DNA of 64,000 nt. Source: Betaproteobacteria bacterium (GTDB lineage: Bacteria > Pseudomonadota > Gammaproteobacteria > Burkholderiales > JAHFQX01). Both the position numbers and the translations under genes were made by a program. The notes beneath the pieces are model-generated. The model was not told where the DNA came from and did not search any database. It worked only from the letters and a program-made list of their open reading frames with translations. Where the stretch lies: contig JAHFQX010000004.1 in assembly GCA_023259135.1 (NCBI GenBank), forward strand, positions 645 to 64,644, read 5' to 3'. Below are positions 21,594 to 30,236 of the stretch, piece after piece; within the stretch, counting starts at the first letter, position 1; the number at the start of each line of letters is the position of its first letter.

Positions 21594-21744
21594 GATGGGC
21601 TCTCCTGCTGGTTGAACGATGGGCGGCGGAACGGGCTGGCGTCCCCGTTTCCGGACTTCGATCATACCATCATGGCGGGCCCAGGCACGCCGCCTTTCCC
21701 GTTATGATATCGTTGTGCAAGACGGTCGCGGTTTCGGAACGGGC

Positions 21745-23040
21745 ATGGATAAAGTCGGTAAATACAAAATACTCAAGGAGCTCGGCAGGGGGGCCACCAG
21801 CGTGGTCTACCTTGCCTTGGACGCCTTCGGCCAGCGGGAAGTGGCGCTGAAGGTGCTGTTTCCCGACGCCCTGGACAACCCCGATTACGGCAAGCGCTAC
21901 AAGAAACTGTTCGTTACCGAAGCCTCCTTGGCCGGCAAGTTGTCCCATCCCCATATCGTGGCCATCTACGATGCCGGGGAGAGCGAGGGGGTCAGCTACA
22001 TCGTCATGGAGTATGTGCCCGGGGAAACCCTGGAGGCCTATTGCCGCGCCGAGCGCCTGCTGCCGATCCATCAGGTGCTAGAGATCGCCTTCAAGTGCTG
22101 CAAAGCCTTGGATTATGCCCATAGGATGGGGGTCATCCATCGCGACATCAAACCCGCCAACATCCTGATGAACCGCCAGGGCGACATCAAGATTTCCGAT
22201 TTCGGCGCGGCCCTCACGGCCAGCGCCGAAAGTACCCAAGTGAGCGGCATCGGCTCCCCGGCCTATATGTCGCCGGAGCAGATTCAGGAACGCTCCCTGA
22301 CCCACCAGACGGACATCTACTCGCTGGGGGTGGTGGTGTACCAGTTGCTGACCGGCACCTTGCCGTTCAAGGCCACCAATAATTACAGCATGATCTACCA
22401 GATCCTCAACGTGGATCCACAGCCCTCCAGCGTGTTTCGGCCCGAAATCCCTGCCGCCGTGGATGTGATCGTCAAGCAGGCTCTGCAAAAAGATTCGGCG
22501 GCCCGCTACCGGACCTGGGATGAGTTTGCCCAGGCGCTCTCCAGCGTATTTCAGAATTTGGCGGCGCCGGCCGAAGTCGTTCCGGATGCGGAAAAATTCA
22601 ATGTCTTGCGCGGCTTGTCGTTCTTTCGCCAGTTCGGCGATGTGGAACTATGGGAGGTGCTGCGGATCGCGATCTGGAATAAATATTCCTCGGCCGCTCC
22701 CATCGTCCGGGAGGGCGAGGTTGGGCGAGTGTTCTATGTGCTGGCGGCCGGCGACGTGAAAGTCACCAAGGAAGGCAAGTTGCTCAATATCCTGAAACCC
22801 GGCGAGTGCTTCGGAGAAATGGCCTATCTGGGAAAACGCAAATTTCAGCGCACCGCCAGCGTGGCCACCGCCGGGCCGGCGACGGTCATCGAGATCGACC
22901 CTGAAGCCCTGGCGGCGGCCTCGGAAGGCTGCCGGCATCGCTTTACCGAAGCGTTTCTGGAAATTCTGGTGGACCGGCTGGCCATGGCCAACACGCGGCT
23001 TTCCCAACTGCTGCTGGACCGCAATATCAGCTTTTTTTGA
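21745..23040 (+). CDS. Hanks-type Ser/Thr protein kinase with C-terminal cyclic-nucleotide-binding domain
   Basis: GRGATSVVY, VALK, HRDIKPAN, DFG, GSPAYMSPE; cNMP cassette GECFGEMAY...RTASV. Confidence 0.9.
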   Translation: MDKVGKYKILKELGRGATSVVYLALDAFGQREVALKVLFPDALDNPDYGKRYKKLFVTEASLAGKLSHPHIVAIYDAGESEGVSYIVMEYVPGETLEAYCRAERLLPIHQVLEIAFKCCKALDYAHRMGVIHRDIKPANILMNRQGDIKISDFGAALTASAESTQVSGIGSPAYMSPEQIQERSLTHQTDIYSLGVVVYQLLTGTLPFKATNNYSMIYQILNVDPQPSSVFRPEIPAAVDVIVKQALQKDSAARYRTWDEFAQALSSVFQNLAAPAEVVPDAEKFNVLRGLSFFRQFGDVELWEVLRIAIWNKYSSAAPIVREGEVGRVFYVLAAGDVKVTKEGKLLNILKPGECFGEMAYLGKRKFQRTASVATAGPATVIEIDPEALAAASEGCRHRFTEAFLEILVDRLAMANTRLSQLLLDRNISFF

Positions 23041-24211
23041 TCTCCCGCAAGCGCAGCAGCAGGATCGCGCAACCGGCCACCGGCAGCGCTATTAGGGCAA
23101 ATCCGGCGCCGTAGCTGCCGGTGGCGGTGACGATTCCGCCGAACAGCAGCGGATTCACCACCATGCCCAAGTAGGTGAAGAACAAGGTTCCCCCGGTGGC
23201 GGCGCTGACTTCCTGCCGGGGCACCAGCCGCGCCACTTCGGCCAGGTACACGCCGTTCCAGCCGATGGCGGTGGCGCCGAACAACGCCGCCACCCCCGCG
23301 ATCAAAGCGGTGGGCCATTGGGACGTCATCGCTGCCGTGAGCAGCGCCGATGCCGCCATTCCCAGTCCTAGCAAGCCCAGCAGCAGCCGAGAGCGAATCC
23401 AGCGCTCCGCCGCCACGCCCCATACCAGGCGGGAAATAATTCCGCCCAGTTGCGCCAGGGTCAGCATGCCTCCGGCAGCGGCCAGGCTCATGCCGAAATC
23501 CGCGGTGAGATAGCTGACGATATAAGTCACGAAGCAATGCTGCATTCCGGCGAAGAAAAACGATCCCACCGCCATGCCGGCCAGCAGCCGGCTGGACGCC
23601 ACGATCCGCAGCCCATCCCAGATTCGGCCCGGCGGGCCCGGCTGCTTGGAACCTTGATCCAAGCGGGCTCTCAGAGGCTGGATGGCGGCCGCCAGCACCG
23701 TGCAATACGCCGAGACCGCCAGCAACGCGCCACGCCAGCCGAAGCCCGCCACCAGCAGAGGGACGAAGATTCCCGCCAGGGCCACGCCGATGGGCACTCC
23801 GGTTTGCCGCACCGAGAAGGTAAAAGACATGAGCTGGGCCGGAGCCGTCCGGATCAGCACATGGGCGCTGGCGGGGGTGGTCGGCCCTAGGCCGGCGCCC
23901 ACCACCACCGCGGATAACGCCAGTGCGGCGAAATTTCCCGCGGTGCCGATGGCCAGCCCGGCAGCGCATAAGCCGAGGCAGATTTGGCTCATCCGGATGG
24001 GGCCGAAGCGCTCCACCAGCCGTCCCCCCGGCAGGGTGGTCATGGTGGCGGTGGCGTAGGCCAGGGCGGCGTAGTAACCCACCAGGATGGCTGGCCCCCC
24101 CAATTCCTCGCCGATCTTCGGAGCCAGCACCGGCACGGTGGCCATGGCCATGGTGACCAGGGCCTGGATGCCGGTGGTGACCAGCAGATAGAAGATATGG
24201 GCCGGCATCAA
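23027..24211 (-). CDS. MFS transporter
   Basis: About 12 hydrophobic segments; motif-A-like GRLVERFGPIR and GVAAERW. Confidence 0.85.
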   Translation of the reverse strand: MMPAHIFYLLVTTGIQALVTMAMATVPVLAPKIGEELGGPAILVGYYAALAYATATMTTLPGGRLVERFGPIRMSQICLGLCAAGLAIGTAGNFAALALSAVVVGAGLGPTTPASAHVLIRTAPAQLMSFTFSVRQTGVPIGVALAGIFVPLLVAGFGWRGALLAVSAYCTVLAAAIQPLRARLDQGSKQPGPPGRIWDGLRIVASSRLLAGMAVGSFFFAGMQHCFVTYIVSYLTADFGMSLAAAGGMLTLAQLGGIISRLVWGVAAERWIRSRLLLGLLGLGMAASALLTAAMTSQWPTALIAGVAALFGATAIGWNGVYLAEVARLVPRQEVSAATGGTLFFTYLGMVVNPLLFGGIVTATGSYGAGFALIALPVAGCAILLLRLREIKKS

Positions 24212-24217
24212 CTGAAA

Positions 24218-24916
24218 CTAGCGCCGCACGGTATCGGCGCTTTGTCCGAACAGGACGCTGCTGGATTCCGGGGTGACGGTGGGCCCGGCGGCAATGGCCT
24301 TGCCCTTGGCGTAGGCGCGCTGGGTGGCCGGCCGGGCTTGGATGGTTGAGAACCAGCATTGGAGGTGAGGAAAATCCTCGAGTTTTTGCCCCTGGCGCTG
24401 GTGGGGCACGATCCACGGATAGCAGGCCATGTCGGCGATGGAGTAGCTTCCGGCGATGAACTCCCGGTCCGCCAGCCGCTTGTCCAGCACGGCATAGAGC
24501 CGGGAGGTTTCCTTGACGTAGCGCTCGATGGCGTAGGGAATTTTTTCCGGGGCGTACTGGCTGAAGTGATGGTTCTGCCCGGCCATGGGCCCCAGCCCCC
24601 CCATCTGCCAGAACAACCATTGCAGCGCGTCGTGGCGGCCGCGCAACTCGGCGGGCAGGAATTGCCCGGTCTTTTCCGCCAGATACAGCAATATCGCGCC
24701 GGATTCGAACACCGACAGCGGCGCCCCGCCATCCGCCGGAGCGCGGTCGACGATGGCGGGAATGCGGTTGTTGGGAGCGATGGCGAGAAACTCCGGACGG
24801 AATTGCTCTCCCTGGGAGATGTTCACCGGAATCAGGGCATAAGGCAGTCCCGCTTCCTCCAGAAACAGGGCTACTTTGTGGCCGTTGGGGGTGGGCCAGT
24901 AGTAAAGCTCGATCAT
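24218..24916 (-). CDS. yfcG: Glutathione S-transferase, YfcG-like disulfide oxidoreductase
   Basis: LYYWPTPNGHK, PNNRIPAI, FESGAIL, WQMGGLGPMAGQ, YSIADMA. Confidence 0.85.
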   Translation of the reverse strand: MIELYYWPTPNGHKVALFLEEAGLPYALIPVNISQGEQFRPEFLAIAPNNRIPAIVDRAPADGGAPLSVFESGAILLYLAEKTGQFLPAELRGRHDALQWLFWQMGGLGPMAGQNHHFSQYAPEKIPYAIERYVKETSRLYAVLDKRLADREFIAGSYSIADMACYPWIVPHQRQGQKLEDFPHLQCWFSTIQARPATQRAYAKGKAIAAGPTVTPESSSVLFGQSADTVRR

Positions 24917-24934
24917 GCATCCCTCCGTAAAATT

Positions 24935-25621
24935 TTATGTAGTCAGGCTAAAGGGCGTGAAATGGGTTTTCCGGTCGTAGTAATCCTCGTGCTCGGCCCG
25001 CTTGAGCCAGCCGACGAGCCGATAGGTGAGCGGTGTCGCCGCCGCTTCCCAGCCGACTTTCAGAAAATAGTTGGTGACGGTGACCGAGACCAGCAAGTCC
25101 ATTCCCCATACGCCGTAAAACGCCAGCGGATAGAAGATCAGGGAATCCACCGCTTCCCCGCAAATCGTCGAGCCGATGGTGCGCATCCAGAGAAACCGCC
25201 CCTCGGTGCGGACCTTGAGCTTGGCCAGCACGTAGGAATTGACGAACTCCCCCGCCAGGAAAGCGATCAGGGACGCCGCGACGATCCGCGGCGTCTGGCC
25301 GAACACGGTTGCGTAGGCGGGCTGATGGGGCCAGCCCGCCGCCGGGGGCAGGGCCACCACCACCGTAGCCATGAAGGAGGCGAAAGCCAGGGCCGCGAAG
25401 CCGCTCCACACCACCCTGCGGGCCCGGGCATAGCCGTAGACTTCGGTAAGAATGTCGCCGAACAGGTAAGAAATGGGAAAGAACAAGACCCCGGCGCCGA
25501 AAGTGAATCCGGCCATGCCCACCACCTTGCCCGGCCCGATGAGATTGGCGCACAGAATCACCATGACGAAGGCCGCCATGACGAAATCGTAATACCGGTA
25601 GCTCTGGCGGTGGCGCGGCAC
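24935..25621 (-). CDS. Queuosine precursor transporter (YhhQ/VUT family)
   Basis: FFPISYLFGDILTEVYG, RIVAASLIAF, RTIGST, DSLIF; start (GTG 25621) uncertain. Confidence 0.85.
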   Translation of the reverse strand: MPRHRQSYRYYDFVMAAFVMVILCANLIGPGKVVGMAGFTFGAGVLFFPISYLFGDILTEVYGYARARRVVWSGFAALAFASFMATVVVALPPAAGWPHQPAYATVFGQTPRIVAASLIAFLAGEFVNSYVLAKLKVRTEGRFLWMRTIGSTICGEAVDSLIFYPLAFYGVWGMDLLVSVTVTNYFLKVGWEAAATPLTYRLVGWLKRAEHEDYYDRKTHFTPFSLTT

Positions 25622-25661
25622 GGTTCTAGCGGCCCGGTTTATAGCGTTGCGAAACCAGCCT

Positions 25662-26432
25662 TCAGTCTTCCCGGTCCGGCATCTGCCACTCCCGGCGCAG
25701 CCGCATCGCATAGCTGAAGCGGTCAGCCGGGTGGATGCTCATCGACACCTCCAGCATTTTGTCGTCTTCTCCCAGGTAGTGCCGGGTGATGCGCAGGCCC
25801 GGAGCGCCGGGCTCGGTTTGCAGCATGGCGGCGAGGGATTCGGGGATCGTCACGGCGCTGATGTCCTGTTTCACTTCCGCGATGTGCTCGCCGTATTGCT
25901 GCTCCACCAGGGCGTAGACCGGCAGTTGGGCGCCGATGAGCTTGCGGATGCCCTTATAGGCCTTGCTGACATAGAGCTCGGTATAAGAAATCGGCACGCT
26001 TTCTCCCACCACGTAGCGCAGGGCTTCGGCCTTGAGCCAGCGTTGCCCCGGCTTGCACCAGAGGAGTTGCGCCAGATCCTCGTCGGCGGTCAGCTCCCGG
26101 GTTTTTTGCACCTCCAGCCGGGTGTTCTTGGCATATTGAAACATATCGGCGATGGAGCCGATGCTTTGCACGTACCGGGTCGTTGCCGCCTTGGCCTTGA
26201 CCCGGGTGCCGATGCCCTGGTGGCGCGTCACCAACCCCATTTCCCGCAGCCGCCGCACCGCTTCCCGCACCGTATGGCGGCTGACCCCGAACTGTTCGCA
26301 CAGCTCCAGTTCGGTGGGCAGCAGGCTGCCCACTGGATAGCGCCCGGTGTCGATATCCTGGATCAAGTCCTGGGCCAGCAGCAGATAGCGGGGCTGACCC
26401 CGGCCCAACCGGGAACGGTCGTTTTTTTTCAT
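25662..26432 (-). CDS. GntR family regulator (HutC/UTRA type)
   Basis: LPTELELCEQFGVSRHTVREA, QGIGTRV, UTRA-like C-terminus. Confidence 0.9.
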   Translation of the reverse strand: MKKNDRSRLGRGQPRYLLLAQDLIQDIDTGRYPVGSLLPTELELCEQFGVSRHTVREAVRRLREMGLVTRHQGIGTRVKAKAATTRYVQSIGSIADMFQYAKNTRLEVQKTRELTADEDLAQLLWCKPGQRWLKAEALRYVVGESVPISYTELYVSKAYKGIRKLIGAQLPVYALVEQQYGEHIAEVKQDISAVTIPESLAAMLQTEPGAPGLRITRHYLGEDDKMLEVSMSIHPADRFSYAMRLRREWQMPDRED

Positions 26433-27619
26433 ATCACCCCCTGATGCTTGAGCGCGAGAATGCGGGGATCATCGTAGCCTAAACTCTTGAGCAGCGCCTC
26501 GGTATCGGCTCCCATGGCGGGGGCGGCGCGACTCGGCAGCGGGACTCCGGGGCAGCGCACGGGGTTGCCGACCAGCCGCACCGGAGCGCCGTCGGGGCGG
26601 TGGAACGGGATAACTCGCCCTGCCTCCGCCACAAACGGATTATCCAGGGCCTGGGCCACGTCGTAAACGGGGGCCGCGGGCACTTGGCCGGTAAAATGCC
26701 CTAGCCACTCGTCGGTGGACCGCTGCTGCAACACCGCATCCAGCATTTCGGTGAGACGCTCTCGATGCGCGAGCCGCGCCTTGAAATCGCGGAAATCCGG
26801 ATCCTCGGCCCATTCGGGATGGCCCATGCGTTCCGCCAGCACCGGCCAGAATTTTTCCTTGTTGCACATGATGAAAATCCAGCCGTCCCGAGTGCGGAAC
26901 AATTGGCTGGGGGTCAGGGAAGGATGGGCGCCCCGGGGCTCCCGGCCCTGCATGACCCCGCCGTTGAGATACCAGGTGGCCAGGTAGCTCAGGTTGTGCA
27001 GCGCGACGTCGAACAGGCTGACGTCCAAGTCCCTTCCCATGCCGCTGGCCCGGGCGCCGACGATGCCGGACACCAGGGCGTAGGCGGCGGTGAGCCCGGT
27101 CATGAAATCTACGATGGAGATGCCGTAGCGGGTGGGGGGGCCGTCGGGCTCCCCGGTCAAGGACAGATGGCCGGCTTCCGCTTGCATCAGGTAATCGTAG
27201 CCCGGCCACGCCGCCCGGGAGTTGTCCCGGCCGTAGGCCGACAGATGCACGCAGACCAGGGCGGGATGGAGGTGCTTGAGGCGCTCGTAGGTGAGTCCCA
27301 GCTTCTCCGGCAAATCGCCCCGCAGATTGTCCAGCACGGCATCGGCGGTGCGCGCCAGGTCGTGGAATATCCGCAATCCTTCGGGATGCTTGAGATCCAG
27401 GGTCAGGCTTTTCTTATTGCGGTTGAAGGTTTGAAAGAAGTGGCTGTCGCCGGGAGAAAAGAAATGCGGTCCCACATGGCGGCCCACGTCGCCGCCGTCC
27501 CGCGGATTTTCGATCTTGATGATCTCGGCGCCCAAGTCGGCCAGATGCAGGGTGCCGAAGGGCCCGGCGCCGTACTGCTCCACCGCCAGCACCCGCACCC
27601 CGGACAGCGGCAGGCTCAT
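26429..27619 (-). CDS. Class III CoA-transferase (CaiB/BaiF)
   Basis: PLSGVRVL, LADLGAEIIKIE, NRNKKSLTLDLK, GYDYLMQA; start MSLPLSG overlaps upstream stop. Confidence 0.92.
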   Translation of the reverse strand: MSLPLSGVRVLAVEQYGAGPFGTLHLADLGAEIIKIENPRDGGDVGRHVGPHFFSPGDSHFFQTFNRNKKSLTLDLKHPEGLRIFHDLARTADAVLDNLRGDLPEKLGLTYERLKHLHPALVCVHLSAYGRDNSRAAWPGYDYLMQAEAGHLSLTGEPDGPPTRYGISIVDFMTGLTAAYALVSGIVGARASGMGRDLDVSLFDVALHNLSYLATWYLNGGVMQGREPRGAHPSLTPSQLFRTRDGWIFIMCNKEKFWPVLAERMGHPEWAEDPDFRDFKARLAHRERLTEMLDAVLQQRSTDEWLGHFTGQVPAAPVYDVAQALDNPFVAEAGRVIPFHRPDGAPVRLVGNPVRCPGVPLPSRAAPAMGADTEALLKSLGYDDPRILALKHQGVI

Positions 27620-28758
27620 GCCGGAAACCTCGCCAGCAGTTGCCGGGCGATGATGATGCGCTGCATCTCGTTGGTGCCTTCGCCGATGACCATCAGGGGG
27701 GCGTCCCGATAATAGCGCTCGATGTCGAGCTCCTTGGAATAGCCGTAGGCGCCATGGATGCGCATGGCCTCGGTGGCGTTGGCCAGCGCCGCCTCGCTGG
27801 CGAACAGCTTGGCCATGCCGGCCTCCAGATCGCAGCGCTCGCCGCTGTCGTAGGCCCGCGCCGCGGCCTCCACCAGCAGCCGGGACGCCTCCACCCGGGT
27901 GGCCATGTCGGCGAGTTTCAATTGAATCGCCTGGTGCTGGGCGATGGGCTGGCCGAAGGTCTTGCGCAGTTGAGCGTAGCGCAGGGCATCTTGCAACGCC
28001 GCCCGGGCCACGCCCACGCCCCGGGCGGCGACGTTGATGCGTCCCAGGGCCAAGCCGGAAAGAATCTGCTGCAAGCCCTTGCCTTCCACGCCGCCGATCA
28101 GCCGATCCCGGGGCACCCGGTAATTCTCCAGGGCAAATTCGGCGGTATCCACCCCCCGATAGCCCAGCTTTTCCAGCTTGCGAGGCGCCGCGAAGCCGGG
28201 GCCCTTCTCGGCGATCAACAGGCTCATGCCCTTGTGGGCAGGCCGGGCATTGGGGTCGGTCTTTACCAGCAGGGCCACGCAGTTGCCGTAGTAGGCATTG
28301 GTGATCCAAGTCTTGGCGCCGTTCACCACGTAGCCGTCCCCGTCCGGCCGCGCCGTGGTGCGGATGGCTTGCAGATCGGTGCCGCAATCGGGCTCGGTGA
28401 GGGCGATGCCGCCCCGCAGTTCGCCGCTGGCGAAGCGGGGCAGGAAGCGTTGCTTTTGTTCCTCGGTGCCGTCCCGCTGCACGGTGGCGGCCATGATGAG
28501 GTGGGAATTGACGATGCCCGACAAGGACATCCACACCGCGGAAATCCGCTCGATGACCTTGGTGTAGGTCGAAGCCGACAGCCCCAGCCCGCCGTACTCC
28601 TCGGCGATGATGGCGCCGAACAGCCCCATGGCCTTCATCTTCTCGACGATCTCGGCGGGGTAGACGTCCTGTTGCTCCATGGCTCGCGCCACCGGCCGCA
28701 CCTCTTTTTCCATGAAGCGTTCCACGGCTTCCAGGATCAGGCTGTCTTTTTCTTCCAT
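27616..28758 (-). CDS. Acyl-CoA dehydrogenase
   Basis: Start MEEKDSL; LTEPDCGTD, GAKTWITN, IHGAYGY, IGEGTNEMQR with catalytic-position Glu. Confidence 0.92.
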   Translation of the reverse strand: MEEKDSLILEAVERFMEKEVRPVARAMEQQDVYPAEIVEKMKAMGLFGAIIAEEYGGLGLSASTYTKVIERISAVWMSLSGIVNSHLIMAATVQRDGTEEQKQRFLPRFASGELRGGIALTEPDCGTDLQAIRTTARPDGDGYVVNGAKTWITNAYYGNCVALLVKTDPNARPAHKGMSLLIAEKGPGFAAPRKLEKLGYRGVDTAEFALENYRVPRDRLIGGVEGKGLQQILSGLALGRINVAARGVGVARAALQDALRYAQLRKTFGQPIAQHQAIQLKLADMATRVEASRLLVEAAARAYDSGERCDLEAGMAKLFASEAALANATEAMRIHGAYGYSKELDIERYYRDAPLMVIGEGTNEMQRIIIARQLLARFPA

Positions 28759-28828
28759 GGGCGCACTCAACTCCAACGATGATCGGCAAAGCACCACCGG
28801 CAGCCCCCGCTGCCGGCGCCGCAAAGAG

Positions 28829-28993
28829 TCAATCGGTGCCGGCGAGAATCTGAGCCAGGGCCGGCCCGGTGCGGCCGTCCAAATCGAGGATCGCGTCCCG
28901 TAGGGCCTGGGCCCGGGATGCGGATACCGTCAGTCGGGCATTGTCCAGGAATCTGGCTTCGATTTCCGCCTCGCCGATCGGCAGAGCAGGCAT
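28829..28993 (-). pseudogene. 54-aa fragment resembling the C-terminus of MmgE/PrpD family proteins
   Basis: Manual translation MPALPIGEAEIEARFLDNARLTVSASRAQALRDAILDLDGRTGPALAQILAGTD*; below the ORF-track cutoff; similarity judged by eye. Confidence 0.5.
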
Positions 28994-29030
28994 GACCGGG
29001 CTTCCCTTGCTTGTTTTTTGGGTTTGGGCT

Positions 29031-30233
29031 TCAGGCGCCGTAACGGCCGATAACCGAGATGCCGCACACGTTCTGGTGGGGAAAGCCGCCGATATTCTGG
29101 GTCAGCCCAAAACGCGGGTTCGGCAATTGGCGCGGTCCGGCACGGCCCAGCAATTGCAGGTAAATCTCGTAGATCATGCGGATGCCCGAGGCGCCGATGG
29201 GATGACCGAAGCACTTGAGGCCGCCGTCGATCTGGCAAGGCACGGGGCCGTCGGAATTGTAGAAGCCGTCCATGACGTCCTTGACCGCATGGCCCGGCGG
29301 GGAAATGTGCAGATCCTCCATGGTCACCAGCTCCGTGATGGAGAAGCAATCGTGGACCTCGATCATGGACAGCTCTTCCCGCGGATTCTTGATTCCGGCT
29401 TCTTCGTAGGCGCGCTGGGCGGCCAGCCGAGTGGTGGCGAAGTAAGAGCCGTCCCAGGAGTTGTGGCCGGCTTCGGTGCCGTCGCTCACGGCGATTTGCA
29501 GCGCCTTCACCGCCACCAAATCCTTCTTCCCGAGGGAGCGGGCAAGCTCGGGAGTGGTGACGATGGCGCAGGCCGCCCCGTCACTGACCCCGCAGCAATC
29601 GAACAGCCCCAAGGGCTCGGCGATCATCGGCGAGGCCAGGATCTGCTCCACGGAAACGGGCTTTTGCAAATGGGCCTTGGGATTCTTGGCGCCGTTGTCG
29701 TGGCTCTTGGCGGAGATCTGGGCCATGGCCCGCTTCACGTCCTGAGCGCTCTTGCCATATTTGGCCACGTAGGCGCTGGCCAACTGGGCGAAGGCGCCAG
29801 GGGCCGACACGTTGGCCCACCACAGCGGCGGCATGGTGCCGATGTCCAGTCCCGGCAGGCCGCCGTAGCCGGTGTCCTTGAGTTTCTCGGCGCCCAGTGC
29901 CAGGGCGAAGTCGCAGGCTCCGGAAGCCACCGCGTAGACCGCTCCGCGGAACGCCTCCGAGCCGCTGGCGCAGTAGTTTTCCACCCGGGTCACCGGAATG
30001 TTGCTGAGCCGCAGCGTCATGGCCAGCGGCAGGGCGGATTTGCCCACGTTGATCTCGTCCAGGCAACTAGCGAGCCAAGCGGCCTGGATTTCGCCCGGCG
30101 GGATGCCGGCATCGGCGATGCATTCCCGGAAGGCTTCCAGCATCAGCTCTTCCTCGCCCACATCCCAACGCTCCCCGAAGCGGGAGCACCCCATCCCCAG
30201 CACGACGACTTTATCCCGGATTCCCGTGGCCAT
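29031..30233 (-). CDS. SCP-x/PhlC-type thiolase-fold acyltransferase
   Basis: VENYCASG with catalytic Cys, EVHDCFSITE, GHPIGASG. Confidence 0.88.
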   Translation of the reverse strand: MATGIRDKVVVLGMGCSRFGERWDVGEEELMLEAFRECIADAGIPPGEIQAAWLASCLDEINVGKSALPLAMTLRLSNIPVTRVENYCASGSEAFRGAVYAVASGACDFALALGAEKLKDTGYGGLPGLDIGTMPPLWWANVSAPGAFAQLASAYVAKYGKSAQDVKRAMAQISAKSHDNGAKNPKAHLQKPVSVEQILASPMIAEPLGLFDCCGVSDGAACAIVTTPELARSLGKKDLVAVKALQIAVSDGTEAGHNSWDGSYFATTRLAAQRAYEEAGIKNPREELSMIEVHDCFSITELVTMEDLHISPPGHAVKDVMDGFYNSDGPVPCQIDGGLKCFGHPIGASGIRMIYEIYLQLLGRAGPRQLPNPRFGLTQNIGGFPHQNVCGISVIGRYGA

Positions 30234-30236
30234 GGC

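Noticed and set aside
25622-25661. preQ1 riboswitch upstream of the yhhQ-like gene
   Set aside because: Only about 40 nt available; a GGTTCTAGC-like word lies on the opposite strand and there is no A-rich tail on the coding strand
26429-28789. 786-aa ORF suggesting a long N-terminal extension on the CoA-transferase
   Set aside because: The upstream part is an alternative frame of the ACAD gene; true start is MSLPLSG at 27619. The same artefact extends aceE, maf, coaE, the ABC permease, FHA, TerC and DODA ORFs
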